The position numbers were made by a program, and so were the translations under genes. Shown one piece after another: positions 1 to 12,880 of a DNA stretch of 63,211 bases (position 1 is its first letter; each line of letters opens with the position of its first letter). The notes under the pieces were generated by a model that saw only the letters and a program-made list of their open reading frames with translations, had not been told where the DNA came from and ran no database searches. The DNA comes from Phoronis australis (lineage: Eukaryota > Animalia > Phoronida): the NCBI GenBank assembly GCA_002633005.1, contig NMRA01000005.1:193613-256823 (forward strand), in the 5' to 3' direction.

Positions 1-461
1 ATACCCAGACATATCCTCATGTTTTCTTTGCTTGTGAGGTATGCAAGGAGGAGAGGGTACAGCTCTTCCAGGCACTCGAACAATACCCCAATGTTTATAA
101 AAAATACTCTGAAATTCCGCAATTGTACAACAAAATTAATTTCTTTCTATATGGATGTCAAGAACTTAACTCAAACGAAAATATGGTTTTATTTGAAATA
201 GTATCAAAATTTCTTTATAACATTAAATCTCTTTGTGTGAGTTGATAGAATTTTATACATCTGTATGAAAATGAATTATTTTCATTCGTTATCATATATC
301 ATTGTATTCTTAACATCAGTTTTTTATTTATGTATTCGTATATAATCATTGTATATAGACTTCTTTGTATTTTTTTACCCAGTTCTAATGCCTCTTGGCG
401 CTTTCTGGGTTATGTATATTCGTTGTATTCTGAAGATTTCGTAATAAACATTAAAAAAATC

Positions 462-839
462 ATTTCTTGTGATCCCATACAGTCAACATCCTGGCTGTCG
501 TTGATCAATAATCTGTATAATATGATCATGATATGTACTTCAGTGCATAATAACTATTATGTTTATGGTTTGGTAACCTAAACAAATGACATTGTCACTG
601 AAGTGTAACAAGTTTCCAAGGTAATACACATACCACCGAAGTGTCCACAGATGTATGGCTCAATGTGCCTTAAAAGAACACTTCCTTCACCACTTCCTAT
701 GGCAAATAATCAAGTAGGTTGCCAAACCATAAACATAATAGTTATTATGCACTGAAGTACATATCATGATCATGATCATATTATACAGATTATTGATCAA
801 CGACAGCCAGGATGTTGACTGTATGGGATGACAAGAAAT
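462..839. repeat. Long inverted repeat (MITE/foldback-like), arms ~120 bp around ~135 bp spacer
   Basis: 462-580 (atttcttgtgatcccatacagtcaacatcctggctgtcg...tggtaaccta) is the near-perfect reverse complement of 715-839. Confidence 0.85.
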
Positions 840-1319
840 AATTTAAATAAGTAATAACAAATAAACAATAATGAATAATCAAGAATAACAAATATATGAT
901 AAAAAACAATAATAAAATTAGTAAGTAATAAAAAATATAATTATCTTTTAGATCTGAATGTATTAAGACTGCAGAACGAAATGAAAAAAGTAATTAGAAG
1001 CATCAATGGGCATAGAATAAACTAATCAGTAGTTTCCAAAATCATGCAAGCAATTTATGACAATTTTCTATATCAGCAATCAAATGCAGGAAACAGTAAA
1101 GACACCCAGTCCATCACTGGATGACTGGCAAGAGATTCACGCAGAAATATCCTCTGTTTCAATCATGAACATCACCTATCTTAATCATTGAGGAAGCAAA
1201 AAAGCATGAGTCACGAATTTTCAATTAACTGTTGCTGCAGCCGTAGGCAGTGCAAAAAGCAACATTGCTTTTTTTACTGACGGAAGCCGTGATATCTTGC
1301 CACATTTGTTTATTGCACG

Positions 1320-1425
1320 CACACTCGCTAGACGTGTCTACAGTACATGAAACAACAATGTCCACCAGTGGCCGTCCGATGGGATTTCGCTAGGTGGACT
1401 GTCTCCCTATCTAGGGTCTCTGATA
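1320..1425. repeat. Dispersed ~105-bp repeat, copy 1 (copy 2 at ~3172-3275)
   Basis: cgctagacgt(g/c)tcta...aacaacaatg..c..ccagtggccgtcc.at.ggatttcgctag shared by both sites; 940-1030 also resembles 2520-2620. Confidence 0.7.
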
Positions 1426-2299
1426 GTAGCACCAAAGATGCTGAAGTTAATGGGGCCATGCCTAATCCGACAGCACCACTGACAATTCCCTCTACAGTCA
1501 CGGGCACAATAGGGAACGCTGGGTGCAGACTTTTCGGCATTCCCACTTGACTTACTTTCTCATGCAAGTCAACAACTTTCTGAAATGAATGAATACAAAA
1601 ATACATTTAAGGTATCTACACATGTTAACTACCTACAACTGTCTACTTGTCCACACCCAGATTTTTAACAAACAGCCTGGCTCAAGACTCATCCTCTGAT
1701 TTTCAGCATATTTTTTAATCAAAGGGCTTTAGAAATCCCAAGTATGTTAAACCAAACAAATATTTGAAATCCCAGTTCAGATCAAAAAAGTATACATCCA
1801 AGTCATGAAATCAAAAACAACAGAGTCCGCTTTTTTATAATAGTTACTATAGTATGTTAGCTTCAGGTAGCAATACAATTAGGTATAACAAAACCATCAG
1901 TCATGGAGGATGAAATTATGGTCATTATCAATTACGTCCTATTACTCCACCTAAGAGCTTTACTAAAGCAGCACTGCATGGTTCTCAGCAGATGGGGGTG
2001 TTTCACTGGGCTCACTCGTGGCGTAGCTGTGATCTATTGGCTGAAAAAGTATCATTTATATTATAACAAATACAACATGCAGGAAAAATATGTGGCATCA
2101 GCAATATTCTCTATGCAGCGTCACTCACTCTTCCCCATTATTGCAGCTAAGTAATAACCCTTCGGAGTAATGTTGCTTTGGAATAACACCTGATTGATAT
2201 ATTTTTCAAGTAATGACCCTTCGGACTATAGGTCCTTCAAAGTACAATGAATGCCCATCACAGTAAAGACCTAACTAAACCCATACTAGTCTACTGGAC

Positions 2300-2455
2300 C
2301 AGTGCTGTAGTGGGGCGTAGGAGCACGTAGGCGCAGCCAACCACCTTTTGGCATTTGAAAGTAGCGCCTACGCACCGTGAGTTACGTTCAGTGCTCAATG
2401 TGATACGGTGGGCTTTAGGCGCCTACTTACCTCTAATTTTACCTCTACAGCACTG
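2300..2455. mobile_element. hAT-type MITE, 156 bp
   Basis: TIRs cagtgctgtagtgg / cctctacagcactg; 8-bp TSD tactggac / tactggaa (1 mismatch). Confidence 0.85.
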
Positions 2456-4001
2456 TACTGGAACAAGTTAACATCACAGCATTTCTCCTTAGCAGGTCCT
2501 CACACTTGCTGTTTATCACCTATCTCTTGGATCTGAATGTATAAACACTGAAGTGAATCGAAGAAGTGAAAGAAATTACAGTTTAGAGCCAATCATAGAA
2601 TAGAAACACAAGTAATCAGTAGGCCCTAAGTCATAAAACACATGCAGAAAAATTTCGATAGATGGGTCCCTCACTCAAAATTCATTTGAGAACCAGTTAT
2701 TACTACAACTGAATAACGGGCGAAATTCATTAGAAGTAACTCACTAACTGGCACTAAAATCAAACACTAGAGTACCCATCATCCCGGCCATATGTAACGG
2801 ATTACCACAATTTTGCTTTGAGTAATCAAATAAAACCTTAAAACTTAAAGGTAAGACAAGTTCAAATTACTCTGCCAACATCAATGGTTGACAGGCAGCA
2901 TTTTCACAAAAAGAATTCTTTGTATCACTCGTATATCTCACCTGTCTTTATCAGTGGCGAGTGCAAGTCCCGGTTTTTCTGTTGAGCAAAAAGCTCCTCT
3001 GATCCTCTTTTTAGGGACTGCAGCCGGCATATCTTGTTTTGTAGTTACTTGACACAGCACTACCCTCAGAGGTATTAACTATGGGAAATCTATATGAACT
3101 ACATGATCAGATAAAATATCTTGTCTCTGTGACCGCTGACCACGAGTATCAGCCATATTTCTTTTTTCCCACACACCCGCTAGACGTCTCTACGGTCCAT
3201 GGAACAACAATGGCCGCCAGTGGCCGTCCAATAGGATTTCGCTAGCTGAAACGTTTCCCTCTCTACGGTCTCTGGTTGTGCTTAGTAACTTAAACATTGT
3301 AGCTCTCTTGAAGTTCATACATTCAGACACATAAGTGTATCATTTGCGATCGAGCTGGAAAAGTATGTTATAGACCACATTTCAAGAAAGAGAAAGAAGG
3401 AACAAATTTTATAGCTTTGAATACAAAACAGGTATGTTTTTGTAAAAAAAATAATTGCAGGCGGTCTGATACACGTTGTACCAGACGTGCGCAGGCCTCG
3501 CATGTGGGCCCATTGCACTGATCACCTGGAAATATTTTTATGCTTTATTAATATATGGTTAAAACCGAGCTGAGGAGCTAGAAACCTGGCTCAAGGGTTT
3601 AGCAGTGTGACCTGGTGGGCACTTATCAACCAGGCCACACTGCCTCCTCTATGTTTTTGTAAGGTACATATAGTGTTCTTCAAGTGTGTTCAGTTATTTT
3701 CACCAGTTGTTTTTTAGCTTGTTCAGCCCCTAGACTCATGCCCAGGCCATAGACAGTAGTACTGTCTCACCTGGCCCAGTAGAGATGGTAGCCATGTCAT
3801 AGTTCCTCCATATGCCGAAAGGTTTTCAGAGTTATGCATCACACTGATTAAACCATCAAAGTCATGTTGCTTATAAGTTTAATTAGAAGTACCTTTTAAG
3901 GAGAGGGATGCGGCCTTTGGAGGTCATTGTTTATTTGTTCCGAGCTCGAGCAAATAATCCAGAAATCCTGTTTTTCAAACAGTTCGTCGTTTCAAGTGTA
4001 T

Positions 4002-4168
4002 GGGATAAATACAAAAAGTACATCGATTGGCGTAGAAGATGTAAAATCCCACGAGACATTATTCCGCGTATCGACGGAGACTGAAGGTCGAGGTCGATAC
4101 GAGGAATAATATCTCGTGGGATATTACTTCATCTACGCAACTCTCGCTACGTTTTGTGTACTTATTTC
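4002..4168. mobile_element. Palindromic MITE-like element, copy 1
   Basis: Self-complementary (cccacgagacattattccgcgtatcgac ... gtcgatacgaggaataatatctcgtggg); homologous copy at 10940-11086. Confidence 0.7.
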
Positions 4169-4558
4169 AGCATGATATTGACAGCAATACCAGGATCCTG
4201 ATAATTCGTTCTCCCTATTATTTTTTAATTCAGATTATTGCTGTATCAGAATTAAATGACGCATAGATGTAAGGATTAGCCAATTTTCCTGGTACCCGCA
4301 CTTGTTTATGCCATGCTTGAAAACGCAACCTTTTCGGTTTATGTTATATAGTGTCGAGGGTGCGCATGGTGTAGTATACTACTCTCCAATTTTTGTTAAA
4401 TGAAATCGTGCCAACTTGAAAGTACACGTTTCGTACGGGAGTAAGTAAAACACGGACTTAATTTCAAATGATGCACAAATGACAAAAACATTATTTGTCT
4501 GCTCTTGGCGTGAACTAAAATGATAGAAAATATTCCGACGTTCTGCTAGTGCATTGAC

Positions 4559-4910
4559 AAAAGCATTTGTCGCTCGATTTTGATATTTGTGTTTGGTGAT
4601 ATCGAATTCCTTTTCCTAAATCAACCATATTACCCGGGGCTTGTTTGAGCTAAAATGTTAAAAAAATATGCCGCCGCTCTGCATTGTTACAATCGATAAA
4701 AGCATTTGTCGCACATTTCTGATGTGTTTGGTGATATCGAATTCCTTTTCCTAAATCAACCATATTACCCGGGGCTTGTTTGAGCTAAAATGTTAAAAAA
4801 ATATTCCGCCGCTCTGCATTGTTACAATCGATAAAAGCATTTGTCGGACATTTTTGATGTGTTTGGTGATATCGAATTCCTTTCATTAAATCAACCATGT
4901 TACACGGGGC
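4559..4910. repeat. Tandem repeat, ~135-bp unit x ~2.6
   Basis: aaaagcatttgtcg...gtgtttggtgatatcgaattcctt...aaatcaaccat recurs at ~4559, ~4698, ~4833. Confidence 0.9.
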
Positions 4911-6042
4911 TATTAGCAATAGCGAGGATCTGTTATTATGCACAGTATGTATAGCTTAGTCTCGTATACTGGTGAACCTTTTTGGAGTCATCTGTATAAT
5001 GAAAAGTGTGGGATTTTACTCGCTGTTTCTGTCGCCATTCTTAAAGTTACATAAAACCTGTGATTTCTGTCAAAGAAAAACAAGTTTCGATTTAATGCAC
5101 TTGTATCTTTATAAACTTTTCTTGTTCAGGAGCGACCTCTTAGCTCAGATGACATGTCTTCAGGCAAAACTGATAAAATTCCTCATCGCGCCGTGACCCA
5201 TAAGCGTGGTCCGAAGAAGTATCACACTCCCTTCCGCCATCTTGTTTTGAGCACGTATGTTTTGTCAGTTTAGTTGACAATTTAAAACATCCACACCCAA
5301 TCCCTGAATAAATATACTTAACTCTTTCATTGACCTGTAACTCAGACTTGCTGTTTTGCGTTATTTGCCTTTGACTTTAAAAAAATACAAAATTTGAAAC
5401 TTTTCGAAATTTTTACGGAATTTTGTAAATCTATACTTTTAGATAGTTTTGAACGAGATGTTTTTCATTTTTCGCTATGACGTCCACTTTTTGAATTCTT
5501 AGAGATTTCTTATAATGCTGTTCTTTTGTTGACCGATATTGCAGCACTGTTGTTGCTTTACCTTCTATTGAACAAGACTGTAGCCTATTTCTTATTGACT
5601 TCTGACATCTTCGACTGTGGTATGAATGTTATGATCATGTTCATCAACGCCACCATCATCATCATCATCGTCATCATCATCCCCATTAAGGTCTTTTCAG
5701 TTAATTTCGCTAAGTGTCGCTCTTCCGAGCGCTTTCATTCTATTTGTTGTGATAGTGTGGGTTGTGATCTGCGACCACTTCAGATAGGGAGTGAGGCTGA
5801 TTCATATGTGACAGTGGAGACGCATGTCTCACCAGGATAAATAGGTAGGAAACTTCAGTGCTAAGACAGCAACAAAATAACCCTCCAATACATTAAAGCT
5901 AATTCAGGGTAGCTATAACTAAATGCTCTTCAATTAAGTTTACTTAACATCAACTGAGTGTGCAATCACTATTTGGTAACTCATTTGGTGTTTTGTCAGT
6001 GCCTGTTCCATTAGATTTTATCACCCAGGGTAATTGCTATAT

Positions 6043-6590
6043 TTACTTGGCAGAATTCTTCCGCCAAGTATGTTGGTCTGGAAGCAAGTTTTTTTTTGTT
6101 TGTTCGCACGATACAGGTCGCAATTTTCGTCCGATCATCACGACATTTACACACAACACGTACTTCCGGAAGTACTGGAAGCCTATTGTTTTTCGTCGTT
6201 ACTTGGCGGAAGAATTCCGCCAAGTATGTTGCTCTGACAGCAAGTTTTTACTTGGCGGAATTCTTCGAATTCCGACAAGTATGTTGCTCTGTCGTCAAGT
6301 TTTTACCTGGCGGAATTCTTCAAATTCCGACAAGTATGTTGTTCTGTCGTCAAGTTTTTTACTTGGCGGAATTCTTCGAATTCCGTCAAGTATGTTGGTC
6401 TGACAGCAAGTTTTTACTTGGCGAAATAAATTTCGCCAAGTATGTTGCTCTTCCACTAAGTTTGTTTTTTTTTTTTGTTTTTTTTTTGTTTGTTCGCACG
6501 ATACAGGTCGCAATTTTCGTCCAATCAACACGAAATTTACACATAACACGTACTTCCGGAAGTACTGGAAGCCTATTGTTTTTCGTCGAA
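6043..6590. repeat. Array of ~55-bp hairpin-containing units with two ~110-bp direct repeats
   Basis: tacttggcggaattc-ttc-gaattccg(c/a)caagta variants at ~6043, 6200, 6250, 6305, 6360, 6416; 6086-6197 repeated at 6479-6587. Confidence 0.85.
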
Positions 6591-7558
6591 ATCGGATCCA
6601 AGATGGCGGCTGTGGCGGCCATTTTGTTTTCATTTTAAGATTCAAAGGCTTCTGGAGGCTGCAATTTTTTACGTACAAAGCTGAAAATCAGCACAATGAA
6701 TNNNNNNNNNNNNNNNNNNNNNNNNNNNNNNNNNNNNNNNNNNNNNNNNNNNNNNNNNNNNNNNNNNNNNNNNNNNNNNNNNNNNNNNNNNNNNNNNNNN
6801 NNNNNNNNNNNNNNNNNNNNNNNNNNNNNNNNNNNNNNNNNNNNNNNNNNNNNNNNNNNNNNNNNNNNNNNNNNNNNNNNNNNNNNNNNNNNNNNNNNNN
6901 NNNNNNNNNNNNNNNNNNNNNNNNNNNNNNNNNNNNNNNNNNNNNNNNNNNNNNNNNNNNNNNNNNNNNNNNNNNNNNNNNNNNNNNNNNNNNNNNNNNN
7001 NNNNNNNNNNNNNNNNNNNNNNNNNNNNNNNNNNNNNNNNNNNNNNNNNNNNNNNNNNNNNNNNNNNNNNNNNNNNNNNNNNNNNNNNNNNNNNNNNNNN
7101 NNNNNNNNNNNNNNNNNNNNNNNNNNNNNNNNNNNNNNNNNNNNNNNNNNNNNNNNNNNNNNNNNNNNNNNNNNNNNNNNNNNNNNNNNNNNNNNNNNNN
7201 NNNNNNNNNNNNNNNNNNNNNNNNNNNNNNNNNNNNNNNNNNNNNNNNNNNNNNNNNNNNNNNNNNNNNNNNNNNNNNNNNNNNNNNNNNNNNNNNNNNN
7301 NNNNNNNNNNNNNNNNNNNNNNNNNNNNNNNNNNNNNNNNNNNNNNNNNNNNNNNNNNNNNNNNNNNNNNNNNNNNNNNNNNNNNNNNNNNNNNNNNNNN
7401 NNNNNNNNNNNNNNNNNNNNNNNNNNNNNNNNNNNNNNNNNNNNNNNNNNNNNNNNNNNNNNNNNNNNNNNNNNNNNNNNNNNNNNNNNNNNNNNNNNNN
7501 NNNNNNNNNNNNNNNNNNNNNNNNNNNNNNNNNNNNNNNNNNNNNNNNNNNNNNNNNN

Positions 7559-8150
7559 AGATAGAGATTTGAACGGGCTTTCAGATGATAATTTCCATTT
7601 TGCGCTACGACGTCTACTTTTTGAATTATTCGAGATTTTCGGATCCCGTTGTTCCTATATGCAAGCACGCAGCTGGCTGGCTTTCAGTTCACTTTGTTTT
7701 GATTATGCCTAGTTGACCCAGACTGACCCAGCCAGCACTGGTCTACTGTAGACTGGACCGTCATGTTGCGCCATCTATTGTTCTTTATTGTAGTTGATTG
7801 TATGCTCTCTATTTGATTTTTGCTAGTCACATGAATGTTATCGTGTTTGACAAACTACCACTTTAGATAGAGATTTGAACGGGCTTTCAGATGATAATTT
7901 CCATTTTGCGCTACGACGTCTACTTTTTGAATTATTCGAGATTTTCGGATCCCGTTGTTCCTATATGCAAGCACGCAGCTGGCTGGCTTTCAGTTCACTT
8001 TGTTTTGATTATGCCTAGTTGACCCAGACTGACCCAGCCAGCACTGGTCTACTGTAGACTGGACCGTCATGTTGCGCCATCTATTGTTCTTTATTGTAGT
8101 TGATTGTATGCTCTCTATTTGATTTCTTCGCTAGTCACATGAATGTTATC
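7559..8150. repeat. 306-bp tandem duplication next to a gap; diverged relative at ~5430-5750
   Basis: 7559-7842 almost identical to 7865-8150. Confidence 0.85.
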
Positions 8151-9132
8151 GGGTTATTCATAATTGCCGTCTTGATCGTCATGATTGTCGTCGTCTCCCT
8201 CATCGTCGTCTTTTCGATTAATATTCCGCCAAGTGTCGCTCCTCCGAGCGCTCTCTTTTCTGTAGTTAATGGATTGAAGACAATAAAAAGTAAATATGCC
8301 AAGCTGTAAACAACAGTGAAACTTAATTCTTTCTCAAGGAGATCTGATCACGCGCACAGAATACGATCAGATGATGGCAAAAAGTAACGCAAAATGAGAT
8401 CCATTCTATGATGACAGGAAAGACTATGCCATCTCTAAGTCTAGATTAGCTATAAAATCGTACTTGTGTTTGATTCTTATTCATGTAACAGCAAATCGAA
8501 GTATTCCTTGGCCTTAAAGGTGGCAATCCCAGGTGGTCATCTGGTTGTTTCCTACTCTTTTATTTTAGATTATGTTGCAGGAAACACGCCTTTAGTCTGA
8601 AAAGCTACATTTGTCTGAAAAAGTTGAAGTCTGAAGTTTCTAAAGAGCTTTATATAAAGGTATTGAAAAGTTCATTTCACTAATAAAACCAACACCCACT
8701 AAACAGAAAGGGAAGGTCAAAATTCCATAAATGCTAAACTACTAAACATCTTATCAACTGATAAATAATGAGAACAAAAGATTAATAATGTTCAGGCGAC
8801 ATTTAAAAATCTTGTTGTTGAAGAAAAAGAATACTCCACTCTATATGAAACGTGAACAAACCAGATTATTCAAGCTTAAAAATAAGTTCCTCAGTTATTC
8901 GGCCCTGAAGTCGTTTAGATAGACCAGAATGTTCTGCATTTTCATTAAACTTCTGCAGTACCACAATATTGTAATTTTGTCATAATTTTATATTTGTATG
9001 AGTTTGTTTTGGTCCATTGGTCAGCCTGTCATTGCTCAAAAATCACTCGGACTCTGTGCTGGTGCCAGGAATGACATTGTATTTAAATTAGTCTTGTTGT
9101 CTCTTAGTTTACTAAGTTGTCTCTTTATATTA

Positions 9133-9270
9133 CATAATATAAGTATATTATACTCAATTCATAATATAAGTATATTATACTCAATTCATAATATAAGTAT
9201 ATTATACTCAATTCATAATATAAGTATATTATACTCAATTCATAATATAAGTATATTATACTCAATTCAT
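9133..9270. repeat. 27-bp minisatellite x5 (cataatataagtatattatactcaatt)
   Basis: Five exact tandem copies; unit contains the inverted repeat ataatata-ag-tatattat. Confidence 0.95.
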
Positions 9271-9344
9271 CAGTTTACCCGACATTTTACTGTATTGTTT
9301 TATAAGGAGTATGGATAATCATGATAGCAAGTAACAGCATATGT

Positions 9345-9790
9345 TCACGAATAGGCGAAACTGTTCGCCATTTGAAAACCAGGACCAAGGAACATCTAAA
9401 TTCTGACAGTAATTCACATGTAAATATTCACCTGCAGAGCTCCAATCATTGTTATCAGCAGTGCTCTTTCAATGACTTTGCAATAATAGACCAAGCAGTA
9501 ACAACAAAGGAGCTTAAAATTCGTGAGGCTTTACATATCAGTTGGTGCAAGCCCAATCTCAATAGGCAACTGACACACCACAGGTTGTCATTGTTGGTCT
9601 ATTTCATTGTCACTCCCTGTAACTGACTGTATCTGTGCTTCATTACTTGTTGCTGGGCCTAGCTAGGTGGCCACTGTATTGTGACTTCTGAGGATGGTGT
9701 TTAATAAATGACACCGAAACATGTCAAGTTTTAAAACCGTTGTTATTTTCGTGAGTATGGATAAAAATAATATTGTATTTGCTTGCTAGC
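9345..9790 (+). mobile_element. 3' fragment of a Penelope-like retroelement (GIY-YIG endonuclease C-terminal half plus pLTR region)
   Basis: IGETVRHLKTRTKEH...HL..S.HC.....F.IIDQA....ELKIREALHISWCKPNLNRQ matches the Penelope GIY-YIG tail; followed by a hammerhead motif. Confidence 0.9.
9683..9730 (+). ncRNA. Minimal type I hammerhead ribozyme
   Basis: gactt-CTGAGGA-t-ggtgtt/gacacc (stem II)-GAAAC-AT-GTC-aagtt; stem I gactt:aagtt; palindromic ACATGT stem III; GUC cleavage triplet at 9723-9725. Confidence 0.85.
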
Positions 9791-10939
9791 TCAAGTCAGA
9801 CTTAAATCAAACTTGAGCAGAAGTTGACAGCTTAGTGCATGCACCTCAGGAAGGCGAACACAATTTCGTTTATACATGTATATGAGCTGGACTAAGATGG
9901 ACATTTTGTTGTACAATGTATGAGCATTTACACTTAAAAAAGAAAAAATGCCAGGCGTTATTAACTGTGTATAACATCCAGTGAATGAATTTGGACAAAG
10001 ACTAATGACATTTTCCGTTGAAATTTTGATCTACTGAACATCCATTGACTGTGCTGAAATATATGTGCATCCAACAGTGTGTGCACATCGTTCCTATTTT
10101 ACATCAATTTTTCATGTTCTGTTCTACACCACTATATTCCAGTTCTATAGCACTATACTCCAGTTCTATATAAAAGGAATACAATTACCGTTCTTCTGCA
10201 TTCATGTTATTTTGTCATAGTTTGCAATTAACTCTGATGAACGTTAAAGTTTTACAATGCATTCAGTTCCCGCAACTTTCGTTTAAATTGTCTCTCATTA
10301 GTTGCTCGCCACAATTCCTTGAATAAATAAGTTATGAAGAAAATGAGGTTGTTTATTTTTTATCCCACGCGCGTTGAATCTGTCGAGGGAAATACGGCCA
10401 TATAATAAAGTTGTCCGTATTCACCTCTCGCACTACTTCAACAGCGACTTCTGACATGGAAAGGTCAAAAGGTAGGTCAATGTCGACTAGACGTCTTCAG
10501 CCGGTTCGATCATCAAACTTTCCGAATGTAATTTGAAGTAATACAGTTGCAAGAGTGTAACTAACACTCGACATGCATCCAGGCCCTAAACGTAAAATCT
10601 GGAACACAAATTATAAGACACTTTCTCTCAGTTTTCCATTGCTGAATACTAAATCGTCTGCAACTCAGGCGCCGATTCCTAGGAAATTAAAATATCAAAA
10701 ATTGTTTTTTTAACTATTTCAAGGAGATGTTACAAGTTCACTGCTCAGTTGCCGTTTGTTTTCATCTTTGCTACCTCTTTTTAAGAAATAAATCGTTACT
10801 GTTTTTTTTTCAAGACAAAACTTGCAACCTAACGCGCAAGTACATACATATAGGATGTGATCCGCCATGTGAACAGTCTGGGTGAAGTATTTGAATAATC
10901 TGCCGAAAAATGTAAGAAACTTAGGTATTCGAAGCGCAT

Positions 10940-11086
10940 GGGATAAATACAAAACGTACCTCGATTGGCGTACATGAAGTAATATCCCACTCGACCTTAT
11001 ATTCCGCGTATCGACCGACGCCGATGTCTTGTGGGATATTACTTCATGTACGCCACTCTCGGTACGTTTTGTGTATGTAATTATCC
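10940..11086. mobile_element. Palindromic MITE-like element, copy 2 (centre partly deleted)
   Basis: ggcgtacatgaagtaatatcccac ... gtgggatattacttcatgtacgcc; homologous to 4002-4168. Confidence 0.7.
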
Positions 11087-11117
11087 ATCAATTTATCTCA
11101 CTAGTGAGATAACATTT

Positions 11118-11189
11118 TGGCTGGAAACCGAGGCCGGTTTCGAACAAGTGATTAGAGACGCCGACTTTACCACTACACCACTCAGCGGC
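11118..11189 (-). mobile_element. tRNA-derived SINE head (degenerate)
   Basis: Minus strand: A box TGGTGTAGTGG and B box GTTCGAAAC, no full cloverleaf. Confidence 0.55.
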
Positions 11190-11679
11190 TTACGTCGTCG
11201 ACCGTGAAAATAGAATACTTAAATGACCACGCGCAACAATCGCATGTTCAGCAAAGGGCATTGCACCGATATTTATATGCTATGAAAAATAAGACGCATA
11301 ATTACCATAAAAACGTTACTTTAATTCAGTGAAATTTTTCTATTTTTTTCTCTCACTTGTAAATCGCCGATCTACAATTTGAATGCGGGTATCGTGTCGT
11401 CGGGATCCTTTGACTGACTTCAGAATTAGTCAGTTACTAGTGGTAATCTACTTTAGCAGACGATATTTTCCCTGTTGAAGCTGAGTGTGATAAAATGTGT
11501 AGTAAGCTATAATAGTTGCTAAACCTTAATTTATAGATTTACTTTATTTCTATTTTGTTTTATTTTTCAATTAGTTTCGAGTAAAAACATTATCTAACAA
11601 AAATAGCTCGGCTTTTCTTAAAAAGTCACGACCTCCGACCCCGGTATCTGACATAGAAAGTAGTTACAAAAGCGTGGTC

Positions 11680-12880
11680 TTTTTTAAGGTTTTCAAGTAT
11701 GTTTTTTGGCGACCGCCCCTCTATCAAGCTAACAGCTCTAAGGATGATTGCGAAAATTGGCATGTATGTTCTTACTATGAAGAGGACGGCTGACGATGAT
11801 TTTCCGACGACTTCGACTACTGTGGCACCTCCTAGTGGCAGTTTTGGCTTTTTTTGCGCCTATGGCTGTATCTCCTAAGCCGTTTTCAGGATCTTGGCTT
11901 TACAAAATTTAGCAAGTGTATTTATATGATATTGACAAGGGACAACGACGACTTTCGGCCTAATCTGACTACTAGTGTGCCCCCTAGTGGCAATTTTAGT
12001 TTTTTTACGTTTACCTCTGTATCTTCATGCAAAGGTCCTCCACATATTTTCATAAAATTTGGCATAAAGGCATCTATTAGTGACATGACATTATCATCTC
12101 GTTTTCAGATGGATTCGACGTAGTTTACGCCACCTAGTGGCCATTTTTACTGTTTTCGAGTCTGTTTTAGGCGTCCACTACTCTATCAACCAAACCGCTT
12201 TAAGGATGATTTTGAAAATTGGCAAGTATGTTCTTACTATGCAAAGGACGGCTGACGATGATTTTCCGATGACTTTGAGTACTGTGGCGCTTCCTAGTGC
12301 CAGTTATTTTTTGCGCCTATGGCTGTATCTCCTAAACCGTTTTCAGGCTTTTCTAAATTGAACAAGTGGTACTTATATGATGTTGACAATGAACGACGAT
12401 GACTTTAGGACGGATACGACTACCAGTGTGCCCCCTATATAGTGGAAATTTTAATTTTTAAGTATCTTCAAACGTCTTTAACGGAGTTCCATAAAATATT
12501 GAATATAGGCATCTATTGGTGAGATGACGCTGTTTTGGAAAGGAGGTATTTTGCGCCACCTAGTGGTCATTTTTGCTGTTTTGAAGTCTGTTTTTCAACA
12601 TCCACCCCTCCATCAACCAATCCATTCTAAGGATGGTTTTGAAAATTGGCGTGTATGTTCTGTGTGAAGAGGACGGTTGACGATGTCGACTTTTGACTAC
12701 TGTGGCGTCTCCTAGTGGTAGTTTTGTTTTGTTTTGTTTTGCGCTCACGGCTGTATCTCCTAAAGACACTGCAGGATCTTTATTAAATTTAGTTAGTGTA
12801 TTTATATGAATCTAACAACTGACAATGAATACTTTCAGGCGGATCGAACGAACGCTGTGCCTCCTACTGGAAATTTCATT
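11680..12880 (+). repeat. ~150-bp-unit array (HINE core), relative of 25255-26973
   Basis: Eight cgccacctagtgg-like motifs (~11822, 11977, 12128, 12285, 12428, 12553, 12702, 12857); same unit order as the 25-27 kb copy. Confidence 0.85.

Noticed and set aside
6043-6450. CRISPR-like hairpin repeats and overlapping ORFs (5960-6678)
   Set aside because: Spacers are homologous; ORFs are by-products of the repeat
6688-7712. Long ORFs here and at 41408-42294 and 52030-52552
   Set aside because: They run through N gaps
7559-8150. 306-bp duplication as a biological novelty
   Set aside because: Abuts a gap and is near-identical; assembly overlap or an ordinary tandem unit suffices
8998-9318. ORF with HNISILYSI repeats
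   Set aside because: Translation of the 27-bp minisatellite
10230-10260. Second hammerhead (ctgatga)
   Set aside because: No stem II or GAAA core follows
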